Assembly: GCA_038087875.1 (NCBI GenBank)
Contig: CM075993.1
Span: 9,798,001-9,862,000, forward strand
Length of the DNA: 64,000 bases
Source: Malacoraja senta
Lineage: Eukaryota
Reading direction: 5' to 3'
Under the pieces are notes generated by a model. The model did not search any database. It worked only from the letters and a program-made list of their open reading frames with translations, and was not told where the DNA came from. A program made the translations under genes and the position numbers. This document shows positions 13,442-26,150 of the stretch, piece by piece; within the stretch, counting starts at the first letter, position 1; each line of letters starts with the position of its first letter.

Positions 13442-14619
13442 TTCTTGGTTAAACATTTAGCCTGTGTGTTTGATAACATGTAGATAGCATATTACTGAAT
13501 AAGAAGTTAGTTATTGTCCTATAGCATAAGTGTGTATAGGTAGTTTAGATCTGTTAGTTCAGCCTGAAGAAAGGTCTTGACCCGAAACATCACCCATTCC
13601 TTCTCTCCAGAGATGCTGCTTGACCCGCTGAGTTACTCCAGCATTTTGTGTCTATCTTTAGTTTAGATACTACTTTATAAGGCTTGGTTTTATTGGTTGA
13701 GCTCTTATCCTGGTGTTATAGTACCTACATTGTGTTTTAACAGCAAAGTAATAGATTTATCTGGAGTTATTGTGTTTACTGGTCTGTTAAGCTGCAGCAA
13801 GAAAGAATTTCATTATTCCGTTGTCAGTACATTTGATAATTAAACATTCTTAACTTGTGACTCAAAAATTACATTAAAGTAGTCAGTCTGGATCCTGGCA
13901 CCACACCAGATTGATCATCCAGGGCCTTCTTAACCTCTAGTGACCCAGAGTTACTTAGAATGTAGAACAGTGCAGCATAGGAACAGGCCCTGCGGCCCAC
14001 AATATTTGTGCCGAACATGATGCCGTTAAACTGATATCTCCCTACATGATCCATATCCATCCATTCCGTGCACTTCCTTCCATGCCCACCTAAAACCTTT
14101 TAAACGCCACTATCATATCAGCCTCTACAATCACCCCCCGCAATACAGTCCGGGTCCCCACCACTCTGTGTAAAAAGCTTGCCCCACACATCTCCATTAA
14201 ACTTTCCACCTCTCACCTTACTGAAAGCCAACAAGTTATTGGAGACACCAGGTTCAATGGGTCAGGAAGCACCTCTGGAGAAAGTGGATAGGTGACGTCT
14301 TGGGTTGGGACCCATCTTCAGATCCATATTCTCCAGAGATGCTGCCTGACACGCTGAGTTTCTCCAGTATGTTGTGTCTCCCATTGATGAGATGCTTGTG
14401 GCTACACTGCCCTCTGGTGTCCATATTGTTGGCAACGATGGGAGAGAACCAGAGGTTTCCCTCACCAGAGGTATCTACCGGTTCTAATTTCTGATTGAAT
14501 GAGTGTCATGACATGAGTATTAAATGTACAGATTATACTCAGCATAGATGTTAAATCAACTTAATTTATTGGTATTATAAACTGAGAATAAGTTAGATTT
14601 TTGATGTGCCAGAGAACAA

Positions 14620-14962
14620 AGGCTGCCAACATCATCAAAGACCCACACCATCCTAGCCACACACTCATCTCTCCGTTGCCATCGGGAAGAAGGTACAGGA
14701 CCCTGAAATCTGGAACATCCATGTTCAGGAACAGTCTCTTCCCCACAGCCATCAGGCTATTAAACTCGCCATCAAACAAACTCTGAACAATAACAGCCTA
14801 TTGCACTTTATCTGTTTATTTACTGTGTATATATATGGTCTATGGTATAGACACACTGAACTTTTATCTCCCGTTCTGTATTATGTTCTGTTGTGCTGCA
14901 GCAAGCAAGAATTTCATTGTCCTATCTGGGACACATGACAATAAAACTCTCTTGACTCTTGA
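14620..14962 (+). mobile_element. Rex/Babar-type LINE 3' fragment (similar fragments at ~7000-7320 +, 9180-9590 -, 11100-11598 +, 23395-23758 -, 27080-27445 -, and mirrors)
   Basis: C-terminal motif IIKDPHHPSHTLISPLPSGRRYR..FRNSLFPTAIRLLN followed by a 3' UTR ending caataaa and short tandem tails. Confidence 0.75.
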
Positions 14963-16020
14963 CATTTATGTTACTTTTTTAATAGAAACAATGGATTATA
15001 CAAGGGGGTCACTGGTGGATATAGGACCAAGTCTCTCATCCTGTGCCTTGTCAGTGATGTGGTCACCCTTTGTCGACCCAGCATGGTCTGACACATTGCT
15101 TCTCATCCTTCCCCGCCGCTGCCAATGGATACTCTTGAACTTCTTCCATACTCTGATCACCTCCTCTATAATGTATGCATGCCATTAAGAATCACAGACA
15201 ATGGTAGCATGAAGGAGGCAGACTAGCCTTTTTGGAGGAGGTACCACACTGACAACCTCCCTTTTTTGTCCATAACCCAGTAAGTTACTCAACCTTGAGT
15301 ACGTGTCCAACTCTAAAAATGTTCATCATCTTAAAAGGTTTTGTAATGTAATAAGATCATAATAGAAGCAGGAGTTGGCTGTACAGTATATTGTGCTGAT
15401 CGTGGTGACAGATTGAAGAAGGGTCCCAATCCCAAATGTCACCCATCCATGTCTTCCAGAGATGCCATTGACCCACTGAATTACTCCAGCACTGTGTTTT
15501 ACTCTTGGTCACAGTTCCTTGCTGCTGGTTGTTTCCCAGACCCTGGGATTCCCATGAAGTTCACATTATTATCTCAACAGTCCACAGTGTCTCAGCTTCT
15601 TAGATAAAGAACTCCAAAGATTTAAAACCCATGGAAAAGACGACATTTCTCCTCTTCTCATTCTGGTAACTGACCACTTACTCTGAGACTGTGCCCTCTA
15701 GTTCACAACGGAAGCATCCTCTCAACATCCACCCTGCAAAACCCCTCAGGATATCATAAGTTTCAATATCTTCTAACTTCTTCTAATTGATGATGATGAA
15801 AAATAAACTTGTAGCTATTAAAGACCTTTATTTCTGAAAATGCTGCAGGAGAAATATAACTTTGATATTACAAGTCCCAAACATCTCAGATCCTATTAAA
15901 ATCTTTCCCCTATCACTTTAAACCAATGCCCTCTAGTTGTTGACAACTCTACCCTAAAGCCACAACTTAGTCTCCTGTGCTGAAGGGAAAACAGAGCCTG
16001 TCTATCCAGTATCTTATCTC

Positions 16021-16675
16021 TCCCTGGAGATCCCGAGAGAGGGGGAGGATGAGATCTCTAATAGGACGGACCAAAGGTTATTGACCCACGCAAACGACCT
16101 GACTACGAGTACAAGATGCATTTGCGGAAACCTGTGTAAGAACCACTGTGGCCTAAAAATCCATCAGGCAAGAATGAAATGCTCGGAGGAGAAAGAGGTG
16201 CAGCGTACAGGCCTTGAACCTGGTGAGACGCAGGAGGAGCCCAGCCAGGACTCACCCCTCAGGGCCCAGTCCCTCCACTCACTGGAGTCTCCCAACCCCT
16301 GCAGAGTAGTTCCACAGCAATGAATTGAGTGGCCCCCAGCCAGCAACCGGAATGAATGGCTGCATGAGCCCATAGAGGAGGGCTGTAGAGGCTTTGCAGG
16401 ACACTCGCTCTGCAAAGTCCTCAACCAGTTGGGCATTACGGGGCTGGCAAAGAAGAGGGCCATTCAATCCGCAAGCGAAGCCGCAGAGAGAGCCACTAGG
16501 TGGCTTTGGATTAAGAGGGCTGATCCGTGGGCGGTTGCTACTGGGACGCAAGTCGGGGCCTGATCAACCCCAGCTGGGTCGCCTGGGCGAGGGTGTCTGA
16601 TGTTGTGAGACCCGAAACACCCGATGACCCCAGATCACATCACTGAGGATGCATCCCAGCGCATCTAGAAGATGT
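16021..16675 (+). mobile_element. Internally deleted HERO-like (RLE-type) non-LTR retrotransposon (mirror ~54473-55127, minus)
   Basis: N-terminal zinc finger CICGNLCKNHCGLKIHQARMKC is joined in frame to the C-terminal EPIEEGCRGFAG..AAERATRWLWIKR motif, then the 3' UTR gggtcgcctgggcgagggtgtctgatg. No RT domain. The clade call is from memory. Confidence 0.7.
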
Positions 16676-17859
16676 ATCTTTCACACAAGACCTGCAGATC
16701 TTGCAAATTTTGTCTTGCACTATTTCCAGTTTAATGACTTCCTTCCTATCGCACAAAATTACACATAATACTCCAAATGTGGCCGTACCAATGTCTTGTA
16801 CAGTGGCAACATAACATCCCAACTCCTGTACTCAAGACATTGATCAATGAAGGCGAGTGTATCAAACACCTTCTTCACCACCTTGTCCAGCTGTGTTGCC
16901 AACTTCATTGCACTATGTACCTCTCATTTGTTTCTGTTCTGCAATACTCCCTCGAGTCCTACCATTTATTACATACTTCCTGCTCTAGATTGTGTAGTGG
17001 GCTGAGTGTACCAGTGGCAAAGGGGATGCAAGCTCACATAACCAGTAGTTTGAAGAAGGGTCTCGACCCAAAACGTCACCTATTCCTTCTCTCTAGAGAT
17101 GCTGCCTCTCACTGAGTTACTCCAGCATTTTGTGTCTGTCTTCGGTGTAAACCAGCATCTGCAGTTCCTTCCTACACAGCCGCCATTGCATGCAGGGTTT
17201 TGTTCAATGCAGATCACGGGAGCCTTGAGTTGTGCTGAGATTGTCAAGAACAAACTTTAAACAGTATAATGAGTGATTGTTAACGTGCAAAAATAAAGCG
17301 GTTGTTTTCAAATCATACATTGTTCACTACTTTGAGCGTGATTTTTATTTATTTTTTGGGATGTAAGCATCAGCATTTTTGTGCATATCTAATTAACCTG
17401 GGAAAGCCACCTACTTGAACTGCTGCACTCCTTTTGATGAAGGTGTTCTTGCAGTGTCCCAGGGCAGGGAGTCTGGGATTGTGCAGTAATGAACGACCAG
17501 CAATGTCTTTCCAAGTCAGTATGGAGGTAGCAGCGACTTGCACTACGACCTGTAGGTGGTAGTGTTCCTCTGCATCCACTGCCCTCAGTCTTGTTGGTGC
17601 AGAATTCGCAGGATTGGGAGCTGAAAAAGCTACTAAGGTTACCAAGGTAAAAATTAGAAAATCCAGTAATAAAAGTCAGGTAGCTTTAGGATATTATTAT
17701 ATTTTATATACATACTTATTTAATGTGAGTAGGCTGCGAGTGGAGACACAACGGACTCCAGATGCTGGTTTACAAAAAAAGACACAGTGCTGGAGTAACT
17801 CGTCGGGTCAGGCAGCAACTCTGGAGAACATGGATGGATGTTTTGGGTTGGGATCCTCA

Positions 17860-18001
17860 CAAGATTAGAAGTTGTTCAGCCAGAGCTGAACACACTTCTC
17901 GGCATCTGCACAATGGTGTCTGTCTTGCGCTTCTTGTGCGTGGTGATGGAAAGATTGGTGGAAACTGGTCTGCGACGTGCACGCTCTTTCCTTGACTCCA
18001 G
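17860..18001 (+). repeat. Unclassified ~145-bp dispersed repeat (second copy ~24335-24491; both mirrored)
   Basis: cacaagattagaagttgttcagccagagctgaacacacttctcggcatctgca...acgctctttccttgac occurs at both loci in the same orientation. Confidence 0.8.
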
Positions 18002-19488
18002 TCTCATAGTAATGTGATATGAAGATGTTGGCCTTGGGACAGTGAGATATCAGGGTGATCAAGGGGTGTGGGGTATGAGGGTGCTGATCTGTGTCAAGGG
18101 TGTTCATGCAACAATTTTAGAATTAATTCCATGTACACGGAAAAGAATCATGAAACCTATTCTGATTATTGATTAAAAGACAACATTTTGGTGTACTCAT
18201 ATGGTGGGTAATATACCAGCCTTGGAAAAGACTCAGAGGAAAGCTACAAGAATGATAAACAGTTTCAAAAAATTTCACTTGGATAACTAGACAAAAAGAC
18301 ATAGGTCACTGAAAGTGATACGTTAATCAATGGCCAACATTGATTGTCACGATATATTGGATGATTTCGATAGACTGATAAGAATAAAGCAACAAAGAAT
18401 TAAACTAAACACCAATAGAACATTATTAGATGTTGGGCTGTTCTTCCTTGCCGTAGTAAAGAATGTCAGGAGTATAATTACGAGCAGTTTCTGGTGTTAT
18501 AGGGTTGGAATTCTTCTCTCTCTATTGGATTGCACAGTAACAATATTACACACATATCCTTCCATGTATCAGCTATTAGCACAATTTTTACAGTTAATAA
18601 ATCCTAGACCCAGTTGTTCAGTTTGCTCCTATCTATATTTAATCTTCCTGATAATAATACAAATTAATAATTTCCTGAAATCTTAGGATTCAGAATACAG
18701 ATTCCTCAATGTACCAGCTATAATTATACTTTAACAAATATTGCTGTTGAACTTGTATTTGCTTTACAACACATTGGTTAATAGCAGAATGTATAACAGA
18801 AGTAAAAACAAGAACAATGTATCTTATTTTAAAGTGGAATATATTTGAAAGTATATTTTGTATTCTCATTCTCATCCAATTATCCCCTGACACCTGACCC
18901 TAAGTGAGCTGAAAACTGAATCAGGTTCCAATGCCCAGTGTAACAATGAAAAGCTTTATGACATTTTTGCACTTACCATCTGAAAAGTCCATTACTAATC
19001 AATTAATTAAATGCGAATAGATATCCATTTAACACACAGATCTCTTTATAGCTATCTTTAAAGATTAGTAGTGTCTTACTGCAAAAGTGAATTTGTCCAC
19101 TTGCATCAGAGTAAAAACTTATGTGAACTGCAAAATAAGGGACGAAACAGCACTCCAGGTCTGATACAATTATGCCATTACTCACTTTGTTCCCATCCCA
19201 GATAGTTTTTGCAGAATTACACTAATGCGCTGGGAGGGCTACATGTAAAGGCATTTAACAAAACAAATGCTTGTATGAGTAGCATTAAACCTTCAAAAGT
19301 TCACTCAATGAAAGATCAGCAAATGTTAATTCTGTAACCTTTTGCTAAATAGCTTAAAATTGCTACAACACATCCCAACTTAAGATCAAAGACTTGAAGA
19401 TGATACAGCATTTTACTCATTCAACATCGGCACAACAAACAAAATCAGAATGAATCGATTTCCTTTTTCTGCATACATGCCACATTTA

Positions 19489-21088
19489 CAGTGCATTCAG
19501 AAAGTATTCAGACGCCTTCACTTTTTCCACATTTTGTTACGTTACAGCCTTATTTTTAAATGGATTAAATTATTTTCTTTTTTATCATCAATCTACACAC
19601 AATACCCCAGAATGAAGAAGCGAAAACAGGTGTTTATAAATTTTTGCAAAGTAATTAAAAATAAATAACTGAAATATCACATTTACATAAGTATTCAGAC
19701 CTTTTGCCAATAAACACTCATTTGAGCTTAGGTTCATCCTGTTTCCATTGATTATCCTTGAGATCTTTCTACAACTTGATTAGAGTTCACCAGTGGTAAA
19801 TTAAATTGATTGGACATGATTTAGAAAGGCACACACCTGTCTATATAAGGTCCCACAGTTGACAGTGCATGTCAGAGCAAAAACCAACCCACGAGGACGA
19901 AGGAATTGTCTGTAGACCCCCGAGACAGGATTGTGTCGTGACACAGATCTGGGGAAGGGTATAAAACAATTTCTGCAGCATTGCAGGCCCCGAAGAGCAC
20001 AGTGGCCTCCGTCATTCTTAAATGGAAGAACTTTGGAACCACCAGGACTCTTCATGGAGCTGGCCGCCCAGCCAAAATGAGCAATTGGGGGAGAAGGGCC
20101 TTGGTCAGGGAGGTGACCAAGAACCCGATGGTCACTCTGACAGAGCTCCAGAGTTCCTCTGTGGAGATGGGAGAATCTTGCAGAAGGCAACTATATCTGC
20201 AGCACTCCATCAATCAAGCCTTTATGGTAGAGTTGCCAGATAGAAGCCACTCCTCAGTAAAAGGCACATGACAGCCCACTTGGAGTTTGCCAAAAGGCAT
20301 GAGTAACAAGATTATCTGGTCTGATGAAACCAAGATTGAACTCTTTGGCCTGAATGCCAAGCATCATGTCTGGAGGAAACCAGGCACCGCTCATCACCTG
20401 GCAAATACCATACCCATGGTGAAGCAGGGTGGTGGCAGCATCATGCTGTGGGCATTTTTCTCAGTGGCAGGAACTGGGAGACTAGTCAGGATCAAGGGAA
20501 TGATGAACGGTGCAAAGTACAGAAAGATCCTTGATGAAAACCTGCTCCAGAGCGTTCTGGACCTCAGACTGGGGCGGAAGTTCACCTTCCAACAGGACAA
20601 CAACCCTAAGGACACAGGCAAGACAACACAGGAGTGGTTTTGTGACAAGTCTGTGAATGTCCTTGAGTGGCCCAGCCAGAGCCTGGACTTGAACCCCCCC
20701 TCTAGAGGGACCTGAAAATAGCTGTGCATCGACGCTCCCCATCCAACTGAGAGAGCTTGAGAGGATCTGCAGAGAAGAATGGGAGAAATTACCCAAATAC
20801 AGGTGTGCCAAGCTTGTAGCGTCATACCCAAGCAGACTTGAGGCTGTAATCGCTGCCGAAGGTGCTCAACAAAGTACTGAGTAAAGGGTCTGAATACTTA
20901 TGTAAATGTGATACTTCAGTTATTTCTTTTTAATTACTTTGCATACATTTCTAAACACCTGTTTTCGCTTTTTTATGATGGGGTATTGTGTGTAGATTGA
21001 TGATAACAAAAATGAATTTAATCCATTTTAGAATAAGGCTGTAAATGTAGAAAAAGTGAAGGGGTCTGAATACTTTCTGAATATACTG
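19489..21088 (+). mobile_element. Tc1/mariner DNA transposon with long IR/DR termini; transposase disrupted
   Basis: TA|CAGTGCATTCAGAAAGTATTCAGAC ... GTCTGAATACTTTCTGAATATACTG|TA, with ~210-bp TIRs carrying inner direct repeats. Transposase motifs [27 protein letters not shown] and [10 protein letters not shown] lie in frameshifted ORFs 19981-20271 and 20287-20715. Confidence 0.95.
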
Positions 21089-21274
21089 TACACTCAGGTT
21101 AACAAAATATCTGAGTATATGTGAAACGAAATTGGTTTCTGGTTCTGTGGACCTCCATGACTGGGGTTTAGTAGTGTCCTACAGTGAGGGTGCATGTAAG
21201 AGCCAAAGTTTTACACAGCAGCAGTAATAAACGCAAAACATTTTTGTGCACTTTATTCCAATGCAATACTGGTT

Positions 21275-21462
21275 TTACCAACGTCTAGTTGCCACTAATT
21301 CTTCCTTTAAACTAATCTTTTCAATGTTTCGTAACCAACCACTAAGGCAAGAGCTGTTGGAGCTGTCGATAAGATGCGAGCGGTGAGCCCCTTGGTGAAG
21401 CCCCACACACCTTCCTCTCTCAGGAGCTGCCTGAAAGTGTCACTTATCGATTTGTCCCCCAC
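21275..21462 (-). CDS. slc25a44: Last coding exon of SLC25A44, arm 1 copy, with an apparent 1-nt deletion near the C-terminus
   Basis: Acceptor ttcag|GTG; reads VGDKSISDTFRQLLREEGVWGFTKGLTARILSTAPTALALVVGYETLK. 188 nt versus 189 nt in the mirror copy (A4 versus A5 run near 21320). Confidence 0.88.
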
Positions 21463-21890
21463 CTGAATGTGAGAAAAAAATTTGACAAGTCCCATGAAGT
21501 TGCACGGATTGAGACATTTCAGTGTTTCCGATTGATTGAGTAGACAAAATATGTATGAAGGAACTGCAGATGCTGGTTTAACCCAATGATAGACGCAAAA
21601 AGCTGGAGTAACTCAGTGGGACAGGAGGCATCTCTGGAGAGAAGGAATGGGTGACTTTTCGGGTCGAGACCCTTCTTCAGACTAGAATTGGATGGACCTT
21701 GAATTCTACTCAACATCATGTCTATCTTGCTTATACTATTCTTCAAACTTGGATAACAACCAAAACATACAGAAAACAGTATCTCCTTCCTTGAAGGCAG
21801 ACACGGAGTGATTGTTTAATTCTTCTGCCCTATAATACATTCTCTGTCTGCAAGGACTCGCACTTGGGATCGTTGTTTTTTTCCATTGTA

Positions 21891-22965
21891 TCTAACTATT
21901 TATTACTAAAACTATCATCTTGTTTGTACCTATATTTGTTTATTTGTTTGTTTGTATGTTTGTACCTATATTTGCGCAAAAACGTACATGATAGCGCGAC
22001 AGGTTTTGGCCCACCTTACTCACCATTGTCCTGCGATGTAAATGAAACAAGTTTTGTTCAGATTGATGTTATATTTTACAAGTTATTGACATTTAAAACT
22101 AAAATAACTTAAAACAGCGTCCCTATTTGCCCCCTGCGCGTGCGCAGTGGGCCCGATATCCGCTGCGTGCGCAGTTGAGGCCTTTCCGCATATTCAGATT
22201 GCCTTTTTTTTTGCCTGCACTTGCCTGGCCCTGAGGCTGGGGCTGGGTCTGGAGCGGCGCTGCTGCTCCGGGCCCGCGGGGAGGGAGAGGAGCGGGACCC
22301 GGGGCAAGGACTAGGCCGCACTTCATCGCTGACGTGGAGGAGAAAACGGGGCCGGCGGTGGTTTACATCGAGAACCTGGAGAGGTGAGGAGGGAAAGTCG
22401 GGGGGGATTGAGGGAGAGGAGGGGGTAGGGAGGGGAAAGTGAGGTGAGGAGGGAGAGTGGGGGAGGGGGATAGAGGGAGAAGGGGGGGGAGGTGGGGGGA
22501 GGTAGGGAGTGGGGGATAGAGGGAGAGGAGGGGGCTAGAGATGGGAGAGGGGTTATGGAGGGAGGGGGGAGTGACTGAGGGCAGGGGAAAGGAGAGGGAG
22601 GGAGAGGTGAGGGACGGAGTGGGGGAGGGAAGGAGGAGGGGAATGAAGAGGGTGCTGGGGGAATGGAGGAGGATGGGGTTAGGAAGAGGGATGGCCAGGT
22701 GATGGGGAAGGGAGAAGAGAGAGGAGGGAGAGGGTGAGGGGAGAAAGCAGAGGAGGGTTGGTGGAGGGTGGGTAATGGGAGGATAATGGACGAGAGGAAT
22801 AAAGGACAGAAGAGGGAGGGTGAGATGCGTTCACATTGCTTATTTTTTTACAAGTTATTGCCCTTTTAAACACTAAAAACGTCGGCCGCGCCTAAGCAGT
22901 TGGGGGCTATGGGTGAGTGGTGGAATATTGCGTTGGGGGAACGGGACCCGATGGGTCCCACTTAT
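21891..22965 (+). mobile_element. Putative non-autonomous Helitron, solo copy in the last slc25a44 intron (mirror ~48184-49252, minus)
   Basis: 5' A|TCTAACTATTTATTACTAAAACT; CpG-rich body; purine tract 22380-22820; 3' hairpin GGGACCC-GAT-GGGTCCC (22943-22959) followed by ACTT. The terminal CTAG is missing. Confidence 0.55.
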
Positions 22966-25900
22966 TATACCAATAAAAGTCCCCGCAGTCCAGTTTTCTC
23001 ATGAGTCTACACTTTGATTTTATCTTCCCTTTCTTTATCGATTTTGGGTCTTCCTTCAATGGGTTCTAAAATATCATTAATCCTCAGGTTTACTGCGACT
23101 TTTGGCAACTTTGGGTCTCTGTTCTTAATTCTCTCATCAGTCTTAGTTGAACCACTTTTCCTGTTGGATTTTTGTGCTTGAAAGAATGTTTTTGTTACTC
23201 TCTACCCACGGTTTCACACTTTGCTTTGTTTAGACTTAAGACCCTTGTTTCACATTAAACTACTTCACATTCAAACACTATGTCAAATGTTATCACATGC
23301 TCACTCATTCCCAAAGACCCCTCAACAACAAGGCTATCAATTAACCCTTTCTGCACAAGACTGAGATATATGATAGCTTTCTTCCCAGTTGATTCAAGTC
23401 AAGTCAAGTCAAGTCAAGTGAGTTTATTGTCATGTGTCCCTGATAGGACAATGAAATTCTTGCTTTGCTTCAGCACACAGAACATAGTAGGCATTTACTA
23501 CAAAACAGATCAGTGTGTCCATATACCATAATATACATATATACACACATGAATAAATAAACTGATAAAGTGCAGATAACAGATAATGGGTTATTAATAA
23601 TCAGAGTTTTGTCCGAGCCAGGTTTAATAGCCTGATGGCTGTGGGGAAGTAGCTATTCCTGAACCTGGTTGTTGCAGTCTTCAGGCTCCTGTACCTTCTA
23701 CCTGAAGGTAGCAGGGTGATGAGTGTGTGGCCAGGATGGTGTGGGTCTTTGATGATACTATTGACCCAGTAAAGTCTCTTATTTATAATCCACAACTTCA
23801 TCTTTCACTTCATTGGGGCAAATGAAATTTGCTTTAATCTATATGAAGGTTAAAGTCTCCCAGTGTCACTATATTTAGTCATACAGCATGGAAACAGGCC
23901 CTTCAGCCCAACTTGCCCGTGCTGACCAAGATGCCCTCTCTACACTGGTCCCACCTGCCCGTGATTGGCCCATATCCTTCTAAACCATCCTTATTCATGT
24001 GCCTGCACAAGTGTCTTTTCTCGTTTCAACTGCTCGAGTTTCCTGGTTTAGGTCAAGCCCTGTACTACAAATATTTGAGCCCTATAAATAACTTCTCTCA
24101 CTGTTTCCTGACTGTGGCTATTTCTTAGCTCAACCCAAGTTGATTCTAGTTAAGCATCATGATATGATAGGCCAAGATCAGTTAATACCACTGCACAGAT
24201 CTCCTCCCATATTAATATTTTATCACCTCCCTTTCCTTTTCATCTGTCTTTCCTAAATGTGAACGCCTGGAATATTTAACTCCAAGCTCTCATGTAACCA
24301 CCTGTCAGTGATGGCAATCTTCTTATCATCCACACACAAGATTAGAAGTTGTTCAGCCAGAGCTGAACACACTTCTCGGCATCTGCATACAATGGTGTCT
24401 GTCTTGTCGCTTCTTGTGCTTCTTGTGCGTGGTGGTGGAACAATTAGTGGAAACATGGCCGCGACGTGAACGCTCTTTCCTTGACACCAGTAATGGCTAT
24501 GAGATCCTCTCCATTTACTTTGATTTATACCATTAATTCATTTGCCTGATTACAAATTTGGCAAGTGGTCAGCACCCTTAATATGGTCATGTTTAATATT
24601 GTGTCTGTACTTTGACCCACTTTGCTGCATGGTTGAGTTTTTGCTATTTGTTTATTTTGGTTTACCACTTTTTTAACTTCCCCTTCCTGCTTGGTTTTCT
24701 CCTTCCTGAATTCCCTTTGAGGTGACTAGCACAATTATTGTTCAGTAAGATTACACTGAAGCATTTATCAGTGTGTTGGTAAAATGACTAACTAAATCTT
24801 TGATTTTTGCTAAAGTATAAACTGGAGATCTTGAGAAATGAATAAGGTCCACATTTGGAAGTGAAAATGATGAAACAATGCAATAGGAGTAACTAGTATA
24901 ACAGGTAAAATATGCAGTCTATTTGAAACTGCATCAACTCCATTATCTGAGCATTTATTCTGGCCATCAGCGTGGTATTGAGGCTACTTGGTGCACTGTA
25001 GAATAGGTGATGAAAATCATACATCAAGAACTGGGATAAACCTTTTAAAATTGTGATGAGAAATGTATTCAATAGCTAACTGATGAACTTTTGGAATTCT
25101 CTATCACGAGCTGTGTTGAGGCTCAGTCATTGTGTTCATTCATAACATCGGTGAATAGGTTTCTAGCCATTTATGGAATCAAGAGCTACGGGGGAAATGG
25201 CACTGAGGTATAAGATCAGACATGATCTCAACAAATGGCAGAGCAGACTCCAAGGGATGGATAACCAAATATTGGTGCTATTTCTTCCAGAATCTGAATG
25301 GTGGCAGAGTCTTAAATCCAACAAACGAGACAGGGGTTCTAACCTCATCATGGCAGAAATTATATATTTTGTTATAAAAACCCATCTAGTTCACTAACGT
25401 TCTTCAGGAAAGAAATCCATTGCTCTTACAATGGGCCTGCAGAACTGAACATCATTCAAAACTGCTGTACTAAAGAGGAACAAGGACAAAGCTGATGGAA
25501 CACTAAATCCCAACACAACGTAGTCAGTCCCAATGGACCAACATCGTAAAGACTTCATTGTCTTCTGGAAAGTTTATATGCTGTCTCACAGACTCATCAA
25601 TCAACAGCCTGAGACAGCAATTCTGGGTACAATTAGTCTCATTGACAGAATACAATTTTGAGAGGTGAGGACAGTGGTTTTAAAATGGGAGGGAGTAGAC
25701 CTGGGAGTCCTCAACATGATTCCAGATAACACAGCGCCTCACGGTTTCAGGCCAAACAAGGGGAAATCTTCTGATGACCATCTGGTGCCCTCCCTAAGCT
25801 AATCTTCTTCTTCTTGCGTATGGCATGCACAGCCTAAAGTTGTAGGACAACTTGTTCTATTTGATCTTATTTGATTGGTAGCTGGATGATTCCCAAGGGG

Positions 25901-26150
25901 GTATATGAAAGATTAGGTCTGTGGCAGGAAGTGAATGAACAACATGAAGGATAAACCTATTGACCTTCTCATCGCCAAATCTACATATTGTAGCAGCTTG
26001 AAAACACAAGGAACCACAGATGCTGGAATCTTTAGCATAGGAGCATCTTGAGTGTTGGAGACACTCAGCAGTTCAGGCAGCATCTGTGGGGAATGTACAG
26101 AAGATGATTCAGGTTCAGTCACTTGAGAGCAGTGAGGGATCCCAACCTTT

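Noticed and set aside
16590..16625. CTGATG...GAAAC in the HERO-like 3' UTR resembling a hammerhead
   Set aside because: The core reads CUGAUGU rather than CUGANGA, and the flanks pair as one hairpin rather than a three-way junction.
22130..22380. CpG-island or promoter-like GC-rich patch
   Set aside because: Lies inside the putative Helitron in the last intron of slc25a44; no adjacent first exon is evident.
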